A stretch of DNA of 64,000 nt. Origin: Stegostoma tigrinum. Lineage: Eukaryota. Made by a program: the position numbers and the translations under genes. Under the pieces are notes generated by a model, which ran no database searches, was not told the origin of the DNA, and worked only from the letters and a program-made list of their open reading frames with translations. The DNA is taken from NCBI RefSeq assembly GCF_030684315.1, contig NC_081360.1:28503818-28567817 (forward strand). Direction: 5' to 3'. This document shows positions 1 to 12,434 of the stretch, piece after piece (position 1 is the stretch's first letter; every line of letters starts with the position of its first letter).

Positions 1-546
1 ACAATGATGTTACCCGAAGGTTGCAGGAGCAGCAACTCATATTCCGCTTGGGAACCCTGCGGCCCAATAGTATCAATGTGGACTTCACAAGCTTCAAAAT
101 CTCTCCTCCCCCTACTGCATCCCAAAACCAGCCCAGCTCATTCCTGCCCCTCTAACCTTTCCTTCTTCCCACCTATCCCCTCCTCCCACCTCAAGCCCCA
201 CCCCATCTACCTGCTAACCTCATGCTGCCCTCTTGACCTGTCCATCCTCCATGGACTGACCTAACCCCTCACTAACTCCCAACCTACACTCACCTTTACT
301 GGCTCCATCTCCGCCTCTTTGACCTGCCTGTCTCCTCTCCGCCTATCTTCTATCCATGTTCTATCTGCCAACCCCTCTCTCCCTATTTATTTCAGAACTC
401 CCTTCTCCTCCCCCATTTTTGAAGAAGGGTCTAGGCCCAAAACGTCAGCCTTCCTACTCCTCTGATGCTGCTGGCCTGCTGTATTCATCCTGCTGTATAC
501 CTTGTTATCTCAGATTCTCCAGCATCTGCAGTTCCTACTATCTCTG
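1..546 (+). mobile_element. 3' end of a Penelope-like retroelement: GIY-YIG endonuclease C-terminus, pyrimidine-rich UTR, pseudo-LTR with decayed hammerhead motif
   Basis: Frame 3..155 reads NDVTRRLQEQQLIFRLGTLRPNSINVDFTSFKI...stop, matching the E..LI..LGTL.P.G.N ending of PLE endonucleases. ~419-446 TTGAAGAAGGGTCTAGGCCCAAAACGTC, then the terminal repeat found throughout the window. Confidence 0.8.
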
Positions 547-579
547 AAACGGTTTTAGAGATGGGCTGTGTGTGCAGTC

Positions 580-1110
580 AGAGTCTGCCTCTAGCTCCTG
601 TACAATATCAAAGTTTGAATTGTCTGGTTCAACCTGCAATAGAAAAGGTGGAGCTGATGTCAAAGGAAAGCATTTATTAACAGGAAGAGAAAAGAATGGC
701 TTTAGACTTCTCAGTTTTTATTTGGGGGAAATTTCTGCTCAAGATACTGGGTGTCAGACTAGCAGTCAAACAATTTGAGGATGGGGTGGTTAGGCAGAAC
801 TTGGAGCTGCCATCTCATGCAGAACCTGATGGATTTTCCAATGATGCTGCACAGGGGTAGGATAGGAGGGGTCAAGTTTAGATTTTTGGTGAAACCTAGA
901 GGTATAGGTATAAGTTTGGAAAGAGAAGTGAAACCCTTGGAGGGGATTCTGTGGCTACAGCTTGAAAGATAAGAGTGGAACCAGGGACGGACAGTCATAC
1001 CAAACTAGGCAGTAGTCAAAAAATGTTTGAGGAGGCTGTTGTTGTCAACCACCCAAGACAGAGTATAAACAATGTAGAGGAAGAGTGCAGCATTGTTCAG
1101 GATGCAACTT
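580..1110 (-). mobile_element. Degraded LINE fragment (probably L2-like)
   Basis: Decayed purine-rich + strand resembling antisense LINE ORF2; no intact frame. Confidence 0.4.
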
Positions 1111-1544
1111 TGGCTTGTTTCAAAAAAAATGCCTCCAATCACATTTTTTGGAAGAGTGTTATCTGTGAATCATTGATTTTGTATAGTACAGGGTTCAATT
1201 CTACTTTAAAGTATAGTTGTATACTTAACCTAATTTTAAGTATGTTTACTACCCATGTGCGCAAATTTAGTCTGATTTTCTAAAGCTTTAGTTCCAAGAT
1301 GAAGCTTTCCTATGCAGAAACACGGGCAAGATAAGCAGTTTGTAGGAAGTTGTTAAAATGATTGCTGGGCTGATTACTGTGTCCATTTCTCCTCTTCACG
1401 CTCCCAAAATTTTTCAGTCTTTGATAATACATCATAGAAGTTCACGAGAGCTGCCAAGGAAATGAGTAGCAGACTTTGATGCTACCCTTAGAAATTGGAA
1501 TTTGAGGTGCTGCAGAATTCTTTGGCACCAGATTTAAGTGGGAA

Positions 1545-1880
1545 TTTAAGAATATGAGAAATAGGAGAATGAGTAGGCCATATAACCTTCTAAGCCTGCT
1601 GTGTGTTCTTTGGATGATCGCTGTTCTTGGGCTTTAACTCCCTTTTCTTGTCTGTACTACTTGAGAAATCCAAAGTCTCAGTTCTTATGGTTAAGCATAT
1701 TGAACAATGAAGCATCTGCATTCTTCAGGAGTAGAGAATTTCAAAAATACACAATCCTTTGAATGAAGTGACTTTTCTTCGTCTCAATCATAAATGATTG
1801 CCACTTATCCTGAGCTTGCCCCCCCCCCCCCCCATTTTAGATTCATGAATCAATGTAAACAATCTCTGACTATCCTATTG
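1545..1880 (-). mobile_element. CR1 LINE 3' end fragment
   Basis: AGAAATAGGAG..GAGTAGGCCAT tail shared with 44750 and 55310 copies. Confidence 0.65.
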
Positions 1881-2123
1881 TGATGAAAGGTACGTAGTTT
1901 TATATAAAATAATTGTTTGAGTTTGGATTTTAAGCTAGTGGCATATGGGTCTGGTCTGTTTTTGCAAAGAAGTTCTAAAATTAATTAAATCAGTCATTTT
2001 GGAACCATGATTCAAACCAGTTTGTAAGGTAGCACATAACTGAGATCATCCTGAATGGCAAAAGGAGATTAGTTTATATTGTTGTGTTTTATGACAGGAG
2101 AAAAGAAACGCTAAGCATTACAA

Positions 2124-2260
2124 GCGGAGGCAATGGCCTAGTGGTATTATCAGTAGACCATTAATCCAGAGACCCAGATAACATTCTAGGGACGGCAGAT
2201 GGTGGAATTTGAATTCAATAAGTATCTGAAATTAAGAGTCTAATGATGACCGTGGATTCA
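2124..2260 (+). mobile_element. tRNA-headed 5' fragment of a non-LTR element
   Basis: TGGCCTAGTGG A-box-like start; GGCAGATGGTGGAATTTGAATTCAATAA shared with ~10654-10681. Confidence 0.55.
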
Positions 2261-2639
2261 CAAGCGCAAGGAGTATGCATCCCCTTCGGACCACAGCATG
2301 ACTGTGAAGGTGATTGTGGCCATGATTGTGTGTTTAGCTCATTCCTGAATAGAACAGGCAATATTGGCAACACTTCCCAGTGTGCTTTTCACTGGCACAT
2401 GGTGCATAGTGTAACTGCATTCCTCCTCGGGGAAACACAGAACAGCAACATTTATAAGTAGACATTTTTTTTATAACCCAAGTATGCATTTGTTAAACTA
2501 AATGTATTGGGATTCAGCTGTGCAACAAACAACTTCGTATTTATAACAATTTAAACATAATAGTAAGGCTCAAGGCACTTCACACAAATTATAAAACAAA
2601 AGCAACAACTGTACAGGGTATAGCGGAAGCACTCTTAAT

Positions 2640-3255
2640 GTTTTGGTCTCCTTTTTAGAGAGACGTATTTGCGTGGGAAGTCATTCAGCAAAGGTTCACT
2701 CATCGATTCTTGGAATAAGGGATTTGTCTTACAATTTAAAAATTGAGCAGCTTTGGCCATAATCTGTGAAGCTTAGAAAAAAGAGAGGCGATGTTATTGA
2801 AACATATGAGATTCTGAGAGAGGTTGGTTGATTAATTGTTGAGGAAAGGTTTCTTTTTGGGTGAGTTCAGAATGAGGAGATATATTTTCAAATGAACAGA
2901 TAGTAGGAACTGCCGATGCTGGAGTATCTGAGATAACAACTTGTTACACCTTGTTATTTCTCTTCTATTTTTCAAATGAAGTTGTCTCTCATTGAAGATG
3001 ATGATGAAGAGAAATTTTGTCTCTGAGGGTTGTTAGTGTTTGGAATTAGCTTCCTCAGAGAATGTTGATGATTGAGTCAATAAATATATTGAAAGTTGAG
3101 CTTGAGAGACTTTTGATTGACAAGGGTATTGAGGATGGACAGAAAAGTGGAATTGAGACCATCAGCAGATTAACCATTATCTTGTTGAAAAACAAGACAG
3201 TTTCAATAGATTGGGTGCCTGTATCTACTGCTGTTTCTAATGTTCTTGAGTTTAT
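2640..3255 (+). mobile_element. Degraded CR1 3' end, interrupted by a PLE-derived hairpin
   Basis: Decayed RGD.IETY.IL and ..RVV..WN motifs. Confidence 0.6.
2897..2968. mobile_element. Very short PLE terminal-repeat hairpin insertion
   Basis: AGATAGTAGGAACTGCCGATGCTGGAG.. then inverted CACCTTGTTAT; TSD TTTTCAAATGAA at 2885-2896 and 2969-2980. Confidence 0.75.
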
Positions 3256-5471
3256 GGTTTAAATTATGCAGTTTCAAAATGAACGGAGTAGATTGCCATC
3301 CTGTAATAAGGCAAGTTCATATTGTGAATGAAGGATTGTTGACCTTGCTGTATTTTTTTTTCAGTTTGCAAATACACAGTCCATGAAAGATGTGTTTCCA
3401 AAGAAATTGCATCATGCATAAGCACATACGTAAAATCCAAAAGGAATACTAATGTAAGTGCAATTTTGCCAAATATTTGCAGTGCATGCAGATGTGTTTT
3501 AAACTTCTGAATACTGTAATTCTGAAAATGGAATATTCGTTCATGTATTGGGACTTTTCTCAAAGCATACATTACAATCCCCATGATGAATACTTCTTCA
3601 GCTGTTGTACACAACTCGCCATTAACAAACCTTGAATGCTGATAATCACAATCTCTGTCACTTTTTCACTGGTTATACAAGATTTATTTGTAACTGTCTA
3701 GCATTTGCAAATTAGCTGTGCTATTAAAATCAGTGTTGTTTGAGCATATTTAATATGTATGCCGAGGAAATTATTTTTGGACAGGACCTTCAAAGTCTTA
3801 ACCATGAATCATAATATTTATTGACCTCTGTGGCTTTCAAGGCAGAAGAAAACATATGCAATTCAAAGTATGCTGCCTTTGTGTAGATGTGAGAAGTGGA
3901 AAGTGGTCAGCAAAATAGCATTGGCCCTGATCCCTGATCCCTGAGGCAATGGAAGCTCCTGGGAGCTGATTTATTTTGAAACCCTGAATCACAGATTCAC
4001 AACATTGGAGACCACAGTAGCTCTGTGGAAACCCTTGCTGACGATTCCCTGGTGACCCATCAGTGAGTAAATTTGGGTTGTTGACTCAATACTTGCTGTG
4101 TCTTTCATACTGATTTGTTGATAGTGTCCCTCACAGGGATAAAGCCTAACTGGTAGAAATGCAGTCCTTGCCATTAGAAGAAATGCCATCAAAGGTCATT
4201 AGCACCCCTGCACACTGTTCACTGTGACAATGTTTACCCTCTCTACTTCCTGACATTGTTGACTAACGACTTCTTCCTCCACACAGCTCTCAAAATTGCT
4301 TACCCTCCCACCCAACGCTGATCCACTGTTAAATGCTGCTCAGTTGTCCTAAATCAGACCTTAATAAATCCCTCCTGAACTTATGCTCCAAATCTTCTAC
4401 TTTACACTCATCTCTGACACTGCTCGAACCTCCCTGCACTCCACAAGCCTGCTGCTTCCTCTCCACACCACTCCACTCCACCGCAACCCCCATGCTCTGA
4501 TCATACCTCACCACCATTACCATGCCCCTAGGCATTTCCAACGCCACTGAATCAACTCCAACCTCCCCTTCTTGCCACCTTCCCCACCAGAATTGTGAGA
4601 AAGTGTTGAGCAGGGTCTGGAAGTGGTGACCAGTTTCAGAAATAAGGCAAATAATCAGGAGTACTGAGTAAAATGAGCCATGCAGGATAAGGACTGAGCA
4701 GTGTTGGAGTAATGGGTTGGATAATGGGCTTATTTAAAAAAGGGAAGTTCACTGCACTGAAGACAGAGCTCAAAGGTTTTGTCTTCAGCTCTTGATGTGA
4801 AAGAGGTCATGGGCTCTTTGGAATTGTGCCCAGCACTGGTCCTCTTGTCCTGTCTCATTGTTGGAATCAAGCTGAAGCTGGATTGTAACGTCCTAAGGCT
4901 CCATTGTTAAAATGGAAGGCTGTAGTTTCAGACAGGATTAACAGTGGTTACTCTCACTTCATCAATGGCCAAGAGATTCAGCCCATAGAAACTGCAAAGA
5001 AATAAGGGAAAGCCACCAGATGAGAGCAGTCACATCAGAAATGAAACTGCTGTCATTTTCAGAGAATTGCTCAAGAGGGTGAATGTTCAGTTTGAGATCA
5101 TGATCCCTACCCGAGGGCCCCCACACAACCCCACGTGGACTGATCGATGACAGACCATCTTGGATCTTTGAGCAACTCGAGGTTTTAAAATCAAATCAAG
5201 TACCACTGAAAGTGGTTGTGAATGACTCTTGAAAAGATAGTTGGACCAAAGATTAGCTTATGGTGATGCAATCATTCTGAAAATAATGCCACCTTTGCTT
5301 ATCTGTTGTCACACAATGTAATTTAGCTCCGTATAGAGAAGTTATTGATTTGGGATCTCTTAGTGTGTAATCTGAGTACCCTATTTGATTCATACAAATG
5401 AGCTAACTCTCTAACTAATTTGTCTTATCCATCCTTAAACGTCTTTGTCTAATCCTCTAACTCCTATCAAG

Positions 5472-5588
5472 GTTATGCAACATGTTTGGATGGAAGGAAA
5501 CTCTCCAACTAAGTGTGACCGATGCCGCAAGAGCATTAAATGTTTCCAGAGTCTCACCGGTCTCCATTGTGTTTGGTGCCAAATAACA
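5472..5588 (+). CDS. DGKG: Diacylglycerol kinase (type I, gamma-like) exon, C1b domain first half
   Basis: AAG|GTT...ACA|GTAAGT; 117 nt, phase 0-0; [39 protein letters not shown], the His/Cys pattern of a DGK C1 domain. Confidence 0.93.
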
Positions 5589-6229
5589 GTAAGTACTGAG
5601 GAAATAGCATGCATTTCTTTTCAAAGAATGCTCAAGAATTGCTGAGAAAATAAACGACATTTCACGAGCACTAGAGGGCAGGCTGGTTTCTCAGTGCAGG
5701 CAAAGATGCATTGCCAACTCCTGGTGAAATCTTAGTTAGAAGTGCAGACTTGGAACAGGAGTAGTCACGACCATAAAACAATTAATATTCTTTGTGATTG
5801 TTACTCTTTGCTGCATTAAGATTTTTCAAACTAACAGCATTTTCTATAAAATCCTGACAATTAAAATCAGTTCATTTTAAATGAAGGGAACATAATGATA
5901 CAGGTGATTCCATTTGTTCAGTTAAACTCGTATGTTAAAAGACATGGTTAAAACTGGTTCATTTGGTTTTGAACATTGTGCTGTTCATGAATGGTAAAAT
6001 AATGGCTCTTCAGCGTACAACTCTTCCTGGTGTTGCTGAGATTAATTTTGCCCAAATGCTGTTGCACTGGCCTTCAGTTTGTACTTGCCCATATGCATCC
6101 ATCTGGTGCTTCTACTGCGGTTCCCTTAACAGTAAAGTAAAAGTCCTCTGCATGATGTGGGAGATGAAGTGATGCCCCTTGCTGGCATCATATGAAATGT
6201 TTGCTCAGCATTACTGATCAGGTTTTAGT

Positions 6230-6368
6230 GACCTCGCCGCTCCTGACAAAAGGGGCTGTGCCTTAAAAAGCTTGTGTGCCTTCAAATAAACCAGTTGGAT
6301 TATAACCTGGTGTTGTATGACTTCTGACTTTGTCCATTCCAGTCCAACACTGGCACCTCCACATCATG
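6230..6368 (+). mobile_element. Terminal repeat of a further PLE-type family with decayed hammerhead-like motif
   Basis: CCTGACAAAAGGGGCTGTGCCTTAAAAAGCTTG followed by AATAAACC..TATAACCTGGTGTTG; recognised from memory of shark repeats. Confidence 0.5.
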
Positions 6369-6825
6369 CCCAGGGTTGGAGCATTTGAGCTATAGGGAGA
6401 GTCTGAGTAGGCTGGAGCTGTTTTCCCTGGTGCGTCGGAAGCTGAGGAGTGACCTTACAAAGGCTTATTAAATTATGACGGCCATGGATATGGTAAATGG
6501 CCATAGTATTTTGCCCGGGGTGGGGGGAGTCCAAAACTAGAGGGCATAGGTTTAAGATGAGATGGTAAAGATATGAAAAGGACCTAACGGGCAATGTTTT
6601 CATGCAAAGGAAGGTGCGTGTGTTGAATGAGGTGCCAGAGGAAGTGTTTGGGACAGGTACGATTGCAACACTTAAAAGGCATCTGGATGGGCATATGAAT
6701 GGAAATGGTTTACGGGGATATGGGCCAAATACTGGCAAATGAGGCTAGATTTAGAAAGGATATCTGGTCAGCATGGATGAGTTCAACCAAAGAGTCTCTC
6801 TCTGTGCTATATAGCTCTATGACTC
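6369..6825 (+). mobile_element. CR1 LINE 3' end
   Basis: LE.LSY.E.L..LELFSL..R.LRSDL motif; tail TCTGTGCTATATAGCTCTATGACTC. Confidence 0.8.
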
Positions 6826-7990
6826 AATTGCATCATAGCAATTAGGTACAAATTACATGGTATGATAAACGTTGTGATGAAGAATATGAGGAGACCTCGA
6901 TGGTTGGTCTTTCTCTTTGGAGATCCACGGCTGGTCTGCCACTCAAGTCCTTATGGTGTCATCATATTGGGTAGAGCTTATAGTACTCCTCGTCTTTGAT
7001 GACCAGACATGATGGAAAGGCACCAACAGGCTCTAAAAATTAAAGTTTTAAATTGGAGTAAAGCCAATTTTGAAAGTTCCTGCCAAATACTTTCAAAAGT
7101 TGATTGCAAGGGCTATTTACAGTTAAATGACTAATGCAAAGTGGAAGGCTTTCAAAAATGAGATAACAAGAGTTCAACGACAGTATGTTCCTGTTAGTGC
7201 AAAAGGCTAGGCTGGTGGGTATAGGGAATTCCGGATGACTAGAGAAATCGAGACTCTGGTCAAGAAATAAAAGGAGACATACGCTAGGTTTAGACAGCTG
7301 GGATTGAAAGAATCCCTCAAGGACAATTAGGGCAGTAGGAATACACATGAGGGAAATCAGGAGGGCAGAAAGAGGACCTGAGATAGATTTGGCAAATAGA
7401 GTTAAGGAGAATCCAAGGAGATCCTACAAATACATTAAGGGCAAAAGAGTAACTTGGAAGAGAATAGGCCCTCTTAAAGATCAACAAAGCTGTCTATGTG
7501 TGGAACCACCAGACAGAGACAAGATACTAAACAAGTATTTCGCGTCAGTATTTACTGTGGAGAAGGATATGGAAGCTAGAGAACTTGGGGAAATAAATTT
7601 TGATATTTTTAAAAATGTTTCTATTACAGAGGAGGAGGTCTAGACATCTTAAGATACATTAAGTTGGATAAATCCATGAGACCTGATTAGGGAAGTGATT
7701 GCTGGGCTCCTTGCTGAGATATTTGTATCATCGATAGCTGCAGGTGAGCTGTCGGAAGATTGTGGGTTGACTAATGCAGTGTCATTATTCAAGAAAGGTG
7801 GTAAGGAAAAGCCAGCGAGCTATAGACCAGTGAGCCTGACTTCAGTGGTGGGTTCTTGGAGGTATTCTTGAGGGATTGGATATACATGCATTTAGAAAAG
7901 GAAAGATTGACTAGGAATAGTCAACAGTGCTTTGTGTTTTGGAAATCGTGTCTCACTAACTTGACAAACTCTCACTAACTTAACAAAGTT

Positions 7991-8120
7991 TTTTCTGAAG
8001 AGGGGCCTCGACCCGAAACGTCAAACTTTCTGGCTCCTCTGATGCTGCTTGGCCTGCTGTTCATCCAGCTTCACACCGTATTATCTCAGATTCACCAGCA
8101 TTGGTAGTTCCTGCTCTATC
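7991..8120 (+). mobile_element. PLE terminal-repeat insertion inside the CR1
   Basis: Same repeat as 415-546; interrupts CR1 after SCLTNL. Confidence 0.8.
7995..8022 (+). ncRNA. Minimal hammerhead ribozyme motif with intact core (sense to DGK pre-mRNA)
   Basis: CUGAAGA-G-GGG(CCUCGA)CCC-GAAAC-GUC, with flanking UUU/AAA able to form helix I. Confidence 0.65.
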
Positions 8121-9225
8121 CACACGGTAGACTGGTTGGCAAGGTTAGACCACATGGAATCAGGGTAACCTAGCCAATTGGATACAAAATTGGCTTGAAG
8201 GTAGGAGACAGAGGGTAGTGGCGAAGGCTTGCATTTTGGACTGGAGGCCTCTGACCAGCAGTGTGCCACAAGGATCGGTGCTGGGTCCACTGCTATTCAT
8301 CATTTATATAAATGATTTGGATGTGAACGTAGGAGGTATGGTTAGTAAGTTTCCAGATGACACTAAAATTTTTGGTACAAGGACAATGAAGTATTTTTTC
8401 AAAGAGATTGTGGTCAATGGATCAACGGCTGAAAAATGGCAGAGGGAGGTCAGTCTAGATATATGCGGGTATTGCATTTTTGTACAACAGACGGGTAGAA
8501 ATTATATAATTAATTGCCGGGCTTTAGTTGGTGTCGTAGAGCAGAGAGACCTACGGTTTCAGGTACATTATTCTTTGAAGTTTGCATCACATAAAGACAG
8601 GGTTGTGAAAAAGATATTTAGAAAACTTGACTTCATTGCTGAATCCTTTGAGTATTGGAGTTAGGAAGCCAGGTTGAGGTTATATAGAACATTGGTGTGG
8701 CCTCTTCTGATTGTCCAGTTCTGGTTGCCCAGTTGAAGGGAGGACATTATTTCACTGGAAAGAGCTCAGAAGAGATTTACCAGGATGTTGCTGCCTAAGG
8801 AAGGTTTGAGTTATAAAGAAATGCTGGATAGACTGGGACTTTTTCCACTGGAGTGTAGGAGATGGAGAGATGACCTTATAAAAGTCTATAAAATCGTAAG
8901 GGTTATAGATAGGGTTAGTGGATGTGTCTTTTCCCTTGAATGGGGGATTTTAAGACTAGGAGCACATTTTTAAGATGAGGAGAGAGATTTAATAAAGACG
9001 TGAGGGGCAAATATTTTACTCAGAGGGCTGTTTGCATATGGAATGCACTTCCTGAGGCCATGGTTACATTGTTTAAAAGATGTTTGGATAAGTGCGTGAT
9101 TGAGTAAGATTTGAAGGGATATGGAGCAGTCAGGTGGGACTAGTTTAGTTTGGATTATATTCAACATGGTCTGATTGGAACAAAGGGTCTATTTCTGTGC
9201 TGTATGACTCTGTCTATGACTATGG

Positions 9226-10527
9226 CAATGATACCATAAATTGGTGCAGTGTACAGTGAAGAAGGTTACCTAAGAGTACAACGAGACCTTGATCCGATAG
9301 GCCAATGGGCCGAGGAGTGGCAGATGGGGTTTAACTTAGATAAATGGGAGGTGTTGCATCTTGGTAAGGCAAATCAGGACAGGACTTGAACAAAAACAGT
9401 AGTTGCTGGAAACATTCAGCAGGTCTGGCAGCATCTGTGAAGAAAAGTCAGAGTTAACATTTCAAGCCCAGTGACCCTTCGTCGGAGCTGATGGTAGCTA
9501 GGAAAATGTCAGTTTTTATGTAGAAGATAGGGAGGGGGAGGGACTAAGGAGTAAACGATAGATGGGGATAGAGCCCAAAGAGAGAGAAAAGCAGTTGGAC
9601 AGATGAAGGAATTGACTATGATCTGGCTAAGAGGGTGAACAGCTGTTAATGGTGATTGAGAGTGACTAACAATAGGTAGTGTGTAATAGCAGACTAGTAA
9701 GAACTGTCGATTCCCTGCTCCTCTTATGCTGCCTGGCCTGCTGTGTTCCTCCAGCTCCACACTGTTATATCTCATAACCAGGCCTAGTGTGTGGGTAGGG
9801 GTTTAGGACATGGGAGAGTTCACGCCCTAAAATTATGTTAATGGTAGGGCCCTGGGGAGTGTTGCCAAACCAAGAAACCATGAGTTCATAGTTCCTTAAA
9901 AGTGGATTTGCAGATACATGGGATGGTGAAGGCGGCGTTTGGCATGCTTGCTTTCGTTATTCAGTGCATTGAGCATAGGAAGCGAGAAGTCATTTTGGTT
10001 AGGCCTCTGTTGGAATACTGCATTCAATTCTGGTCTCCCTGCTATTGGAAAATTGTTGGGAAGCTTGAAAGGGTTCAGAAAGGGTTTACAAGGATGTTGC
10101 TGGGATTGGAGGATTTGAGATATAGGGTAAGAGTGAATATGCTGAGGCCATTTTCCCTGGAACGCAGGGGCTGACGGGTGATTTTAAAGAAGTTCCTAAA
10201 ATCATGAGGGGCATGGATAGGGTGAATGGCGAGCGTCTTTTTCTTGGGGTAGGGAAGTCCAAAATTAGAGGGGATAGGTTTCAAGGTGAGAGAGCAAAGA
10301 TTTAAAAGGGACCTGAGGGTAGTGTGTATCCAGAACGAGTTGCTAGAGGAAGTGGTGGAGGCCGGAACAATTACAGCATTTAAAAGCCATCCGGATGGGT
10401 ATATGAGGAGAAAGGATTTAGAGAGATATGGGCCACATGATGGCAAATGGGACTAAATCAGTTTAGGATAATTGATCAGCATGAGCAAGTTAGATCTGTT
10501 TCTGTGCTGTATAACTCTATGACTTTA
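9226..10527 (+). mobile_element. Second CR1 3' fragment, split by a PLE insertion
   Basis: LQRDLD..G.WA.EWQM.FN..K then resumes ~9836; ORF 9902-10174 RPLLEYCIQFWSP. Confidence 0.85.
9389..9835 (-). mobile_element. 3' end of a second PLE family, with a nested first-family fragment at ~9705-9773
   Basis: AAAACAG..GTTGCTGGAAA..CAGCAGGTCTGGCAGCATCTGTG repeat shared with 29074, 46501 and 59575; purine-rich UTR on +. Confidence 0.7.
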
Positions 10528-10569
10528 TCTAATACAACACATGGCTCTCTTCTGAGAGGTTTTGGGGAG

Positions 10570-11100
10570 GTGGAGGGCTGTTGGTGTTGTTGCCAAACTA
10601 TTAAGCCAGAAACTCAGCCAATGCACTGGAGACCCAGGTCCTACTTCTGCCATGGCAGATGGTGGAATTTGAATTCAATAATAAATAAAAAAAACTCGAA
10701 TTAAGAATCTACTAATGTCCATGAAATCATTATCAATTGTAGGATAAAACCCATCTGGGTCTTTAATGTCCTTTAGGGAAACAAATCTTTCACCCTCAAC
10801 TGGTCTGGCCTACATGTGATTCCAGACCCATAGCAAAGTGGTTGACTCTCAGTTGCCTAGCAAGCCACTCAGTTCTATCAATCACTATACTGCCTCCACA
10901 AAGAAGTGAAACCAGACAGACCACCTGGCATCAACCTAGGTACCGGAACAGACAATGGCAGAAACAGACGTATCAACCCTGCAGAGTCCTCCTTACTACT
11001 ATGTGGGGGCTCTTGCCAAATTTCTCAAGTGCAACTAAAGACAGACAATAAAAGCCAGAGATGCCCATGTCCTACAAGTGAATCTTAAAATAAAAGCAAC
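10570..11100 (+). mobile_element. 5' region of the tRNA-headed non-LTR family
   Basis: Shares sequence with 2124-2260 and runs into a decayed endonuclease start. Confidence 0.55.
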
Positions 11101-11720
11101 CAACGATGTTACAGATTGTGATTGAACACAATTCTGCTGCTGTTGATGGCCCCCAGCACTTCTGAATACTCTTGAGTCTTACTTTCCTAGAAAGTTTCAA
11201 AGCTCATCCAATTCAGCGCTGTGTTAGTACCAAGCAAGAAAATCGTGGGTAGACTTAATGTGAACGTGGGTCTTTGTCACCATAACGACTATGTGCAGTC
11301 ATTGGCACAATGACTGTGACAGTGACTCCTACCAAAATTGTCATGGATAGATGCAACATTTGCAGGTAGATTGATGAGGAAATGGTCCAGTACAATTTTC
11401 CTTCTTGATTCTCTCACTCCCCCTGCTGCAGGCCATTCTTGCAGCTACGTTGTTTAAGACTGACCGGCTCGATCAGTAGTGGTGTAGTTAAGTCATCGAA
11501 ATTCCCGAACTAGAGTACATTCTGTGTCCTTGCTGTGCTCAGTGCATTCTTGAAGACGTGTTTAACATTGGGATAAATCAGCAGAAGATTTCTTCGATTC
11601 TATTTGACCTGATGCCATGAGATTTCATTGGATCCACCATCAATGTTGAGGACTCCCAGAGCAACTGTCTCCTGTTTGTATAATACATTGCCAAACTATG
11701 TTGTGAGTCTGCCCTGTAAG
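11100..11720 (-). mobile_element. Degraded LINE endonuclease fragment
   Basis: Similar to 47000-47600. Confidence 0.5.
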
Positions 11721-11777
11721 TGGTAATGTTTCACACAATCATAATCTCAGAACCATACCTTACTGACAACCCATTGT

Positions 11778-11903
11778 GATGAAGTCACCAGGTTTGAAAC
11801 ACTAACTCTCCTTTCCTTCACACAGATGCTGTGAGACCTGTTTGAGTTTCTCCAGCAGTTTCTGTTTTTGACCCAGGTCTCTAGCAACTGTGGTTCTTTG
11901 ATT
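11778..11903 (+). mobile_element. Decayed PLE terminal repeat (second family)
   Basis: GATGAAGTCACCAGGTTTGAAACAC...CACAGATGCTG..AGACCTG..GAGTTTCTCCAGCA. Confidence 0.6.
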
Positions 11904-12434
11904 CATTTTATCTCTAGATCACTCAACAGCACAGTACAGCTGCACCCCCCCCCCTTCTCCTCCAAGATTTTTATCTTGTATTTGAATATTTTTGCTTTTG
12001 TTTGTGTGATTGTAAAGGTTTTTTTTGCTGATTTCTTCGATTTTGCACAAAGTTAAGAAATTCTATTGAGAAAATCACTTCTTAGATGTGGCACCTTTGG
12101 GAAAACTCCATTGTTTTTGCCATTAAGTGGACTTTTCAAAGTTTAATCAAAGTTCGCTGACCTTTTAGCCCAATAGTAGTGCCACGAAGTCTCTAATTTG
12201 CTTTAACCATAGTTAAAAATATCCCCACCCAGGCTTCTTTCTCCCCATAGGTAACATTTATACCTTGCATTTATTACATTTACGGCTGCCCGATCTCTCT
12301 GAGTCTCTGACTTTACAAATTAAAGAGGGTGACAAGTTTCACAATAATTCTGAACTCATTCACTTTGGTTTTGGAAAATTTGTAATTCTTCAGCTTGAGA
12401 ACTGTGAATCTTTACCTCCATTCTTGGTCTGTAA

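Larger units (their letters stand above)
7030..9220 (+). mobile_element. CR1 LINE ORF2 remnant with 3' tail
   Basis: ORFs 7347-7643, 8218-8664 (VPQGSVLGPLLF.IYINDLD...FPDDTK) and 8785-8973; tail TATGACTCTGTCTATGACT. Confidence 0.9.

Noticed and set aside
7951-7988. Short tandem duplications (also 47258-47339, 62681-62722)
   Set aside because: Local slippage or insertion-junction by-products within repeats; no sign of function.
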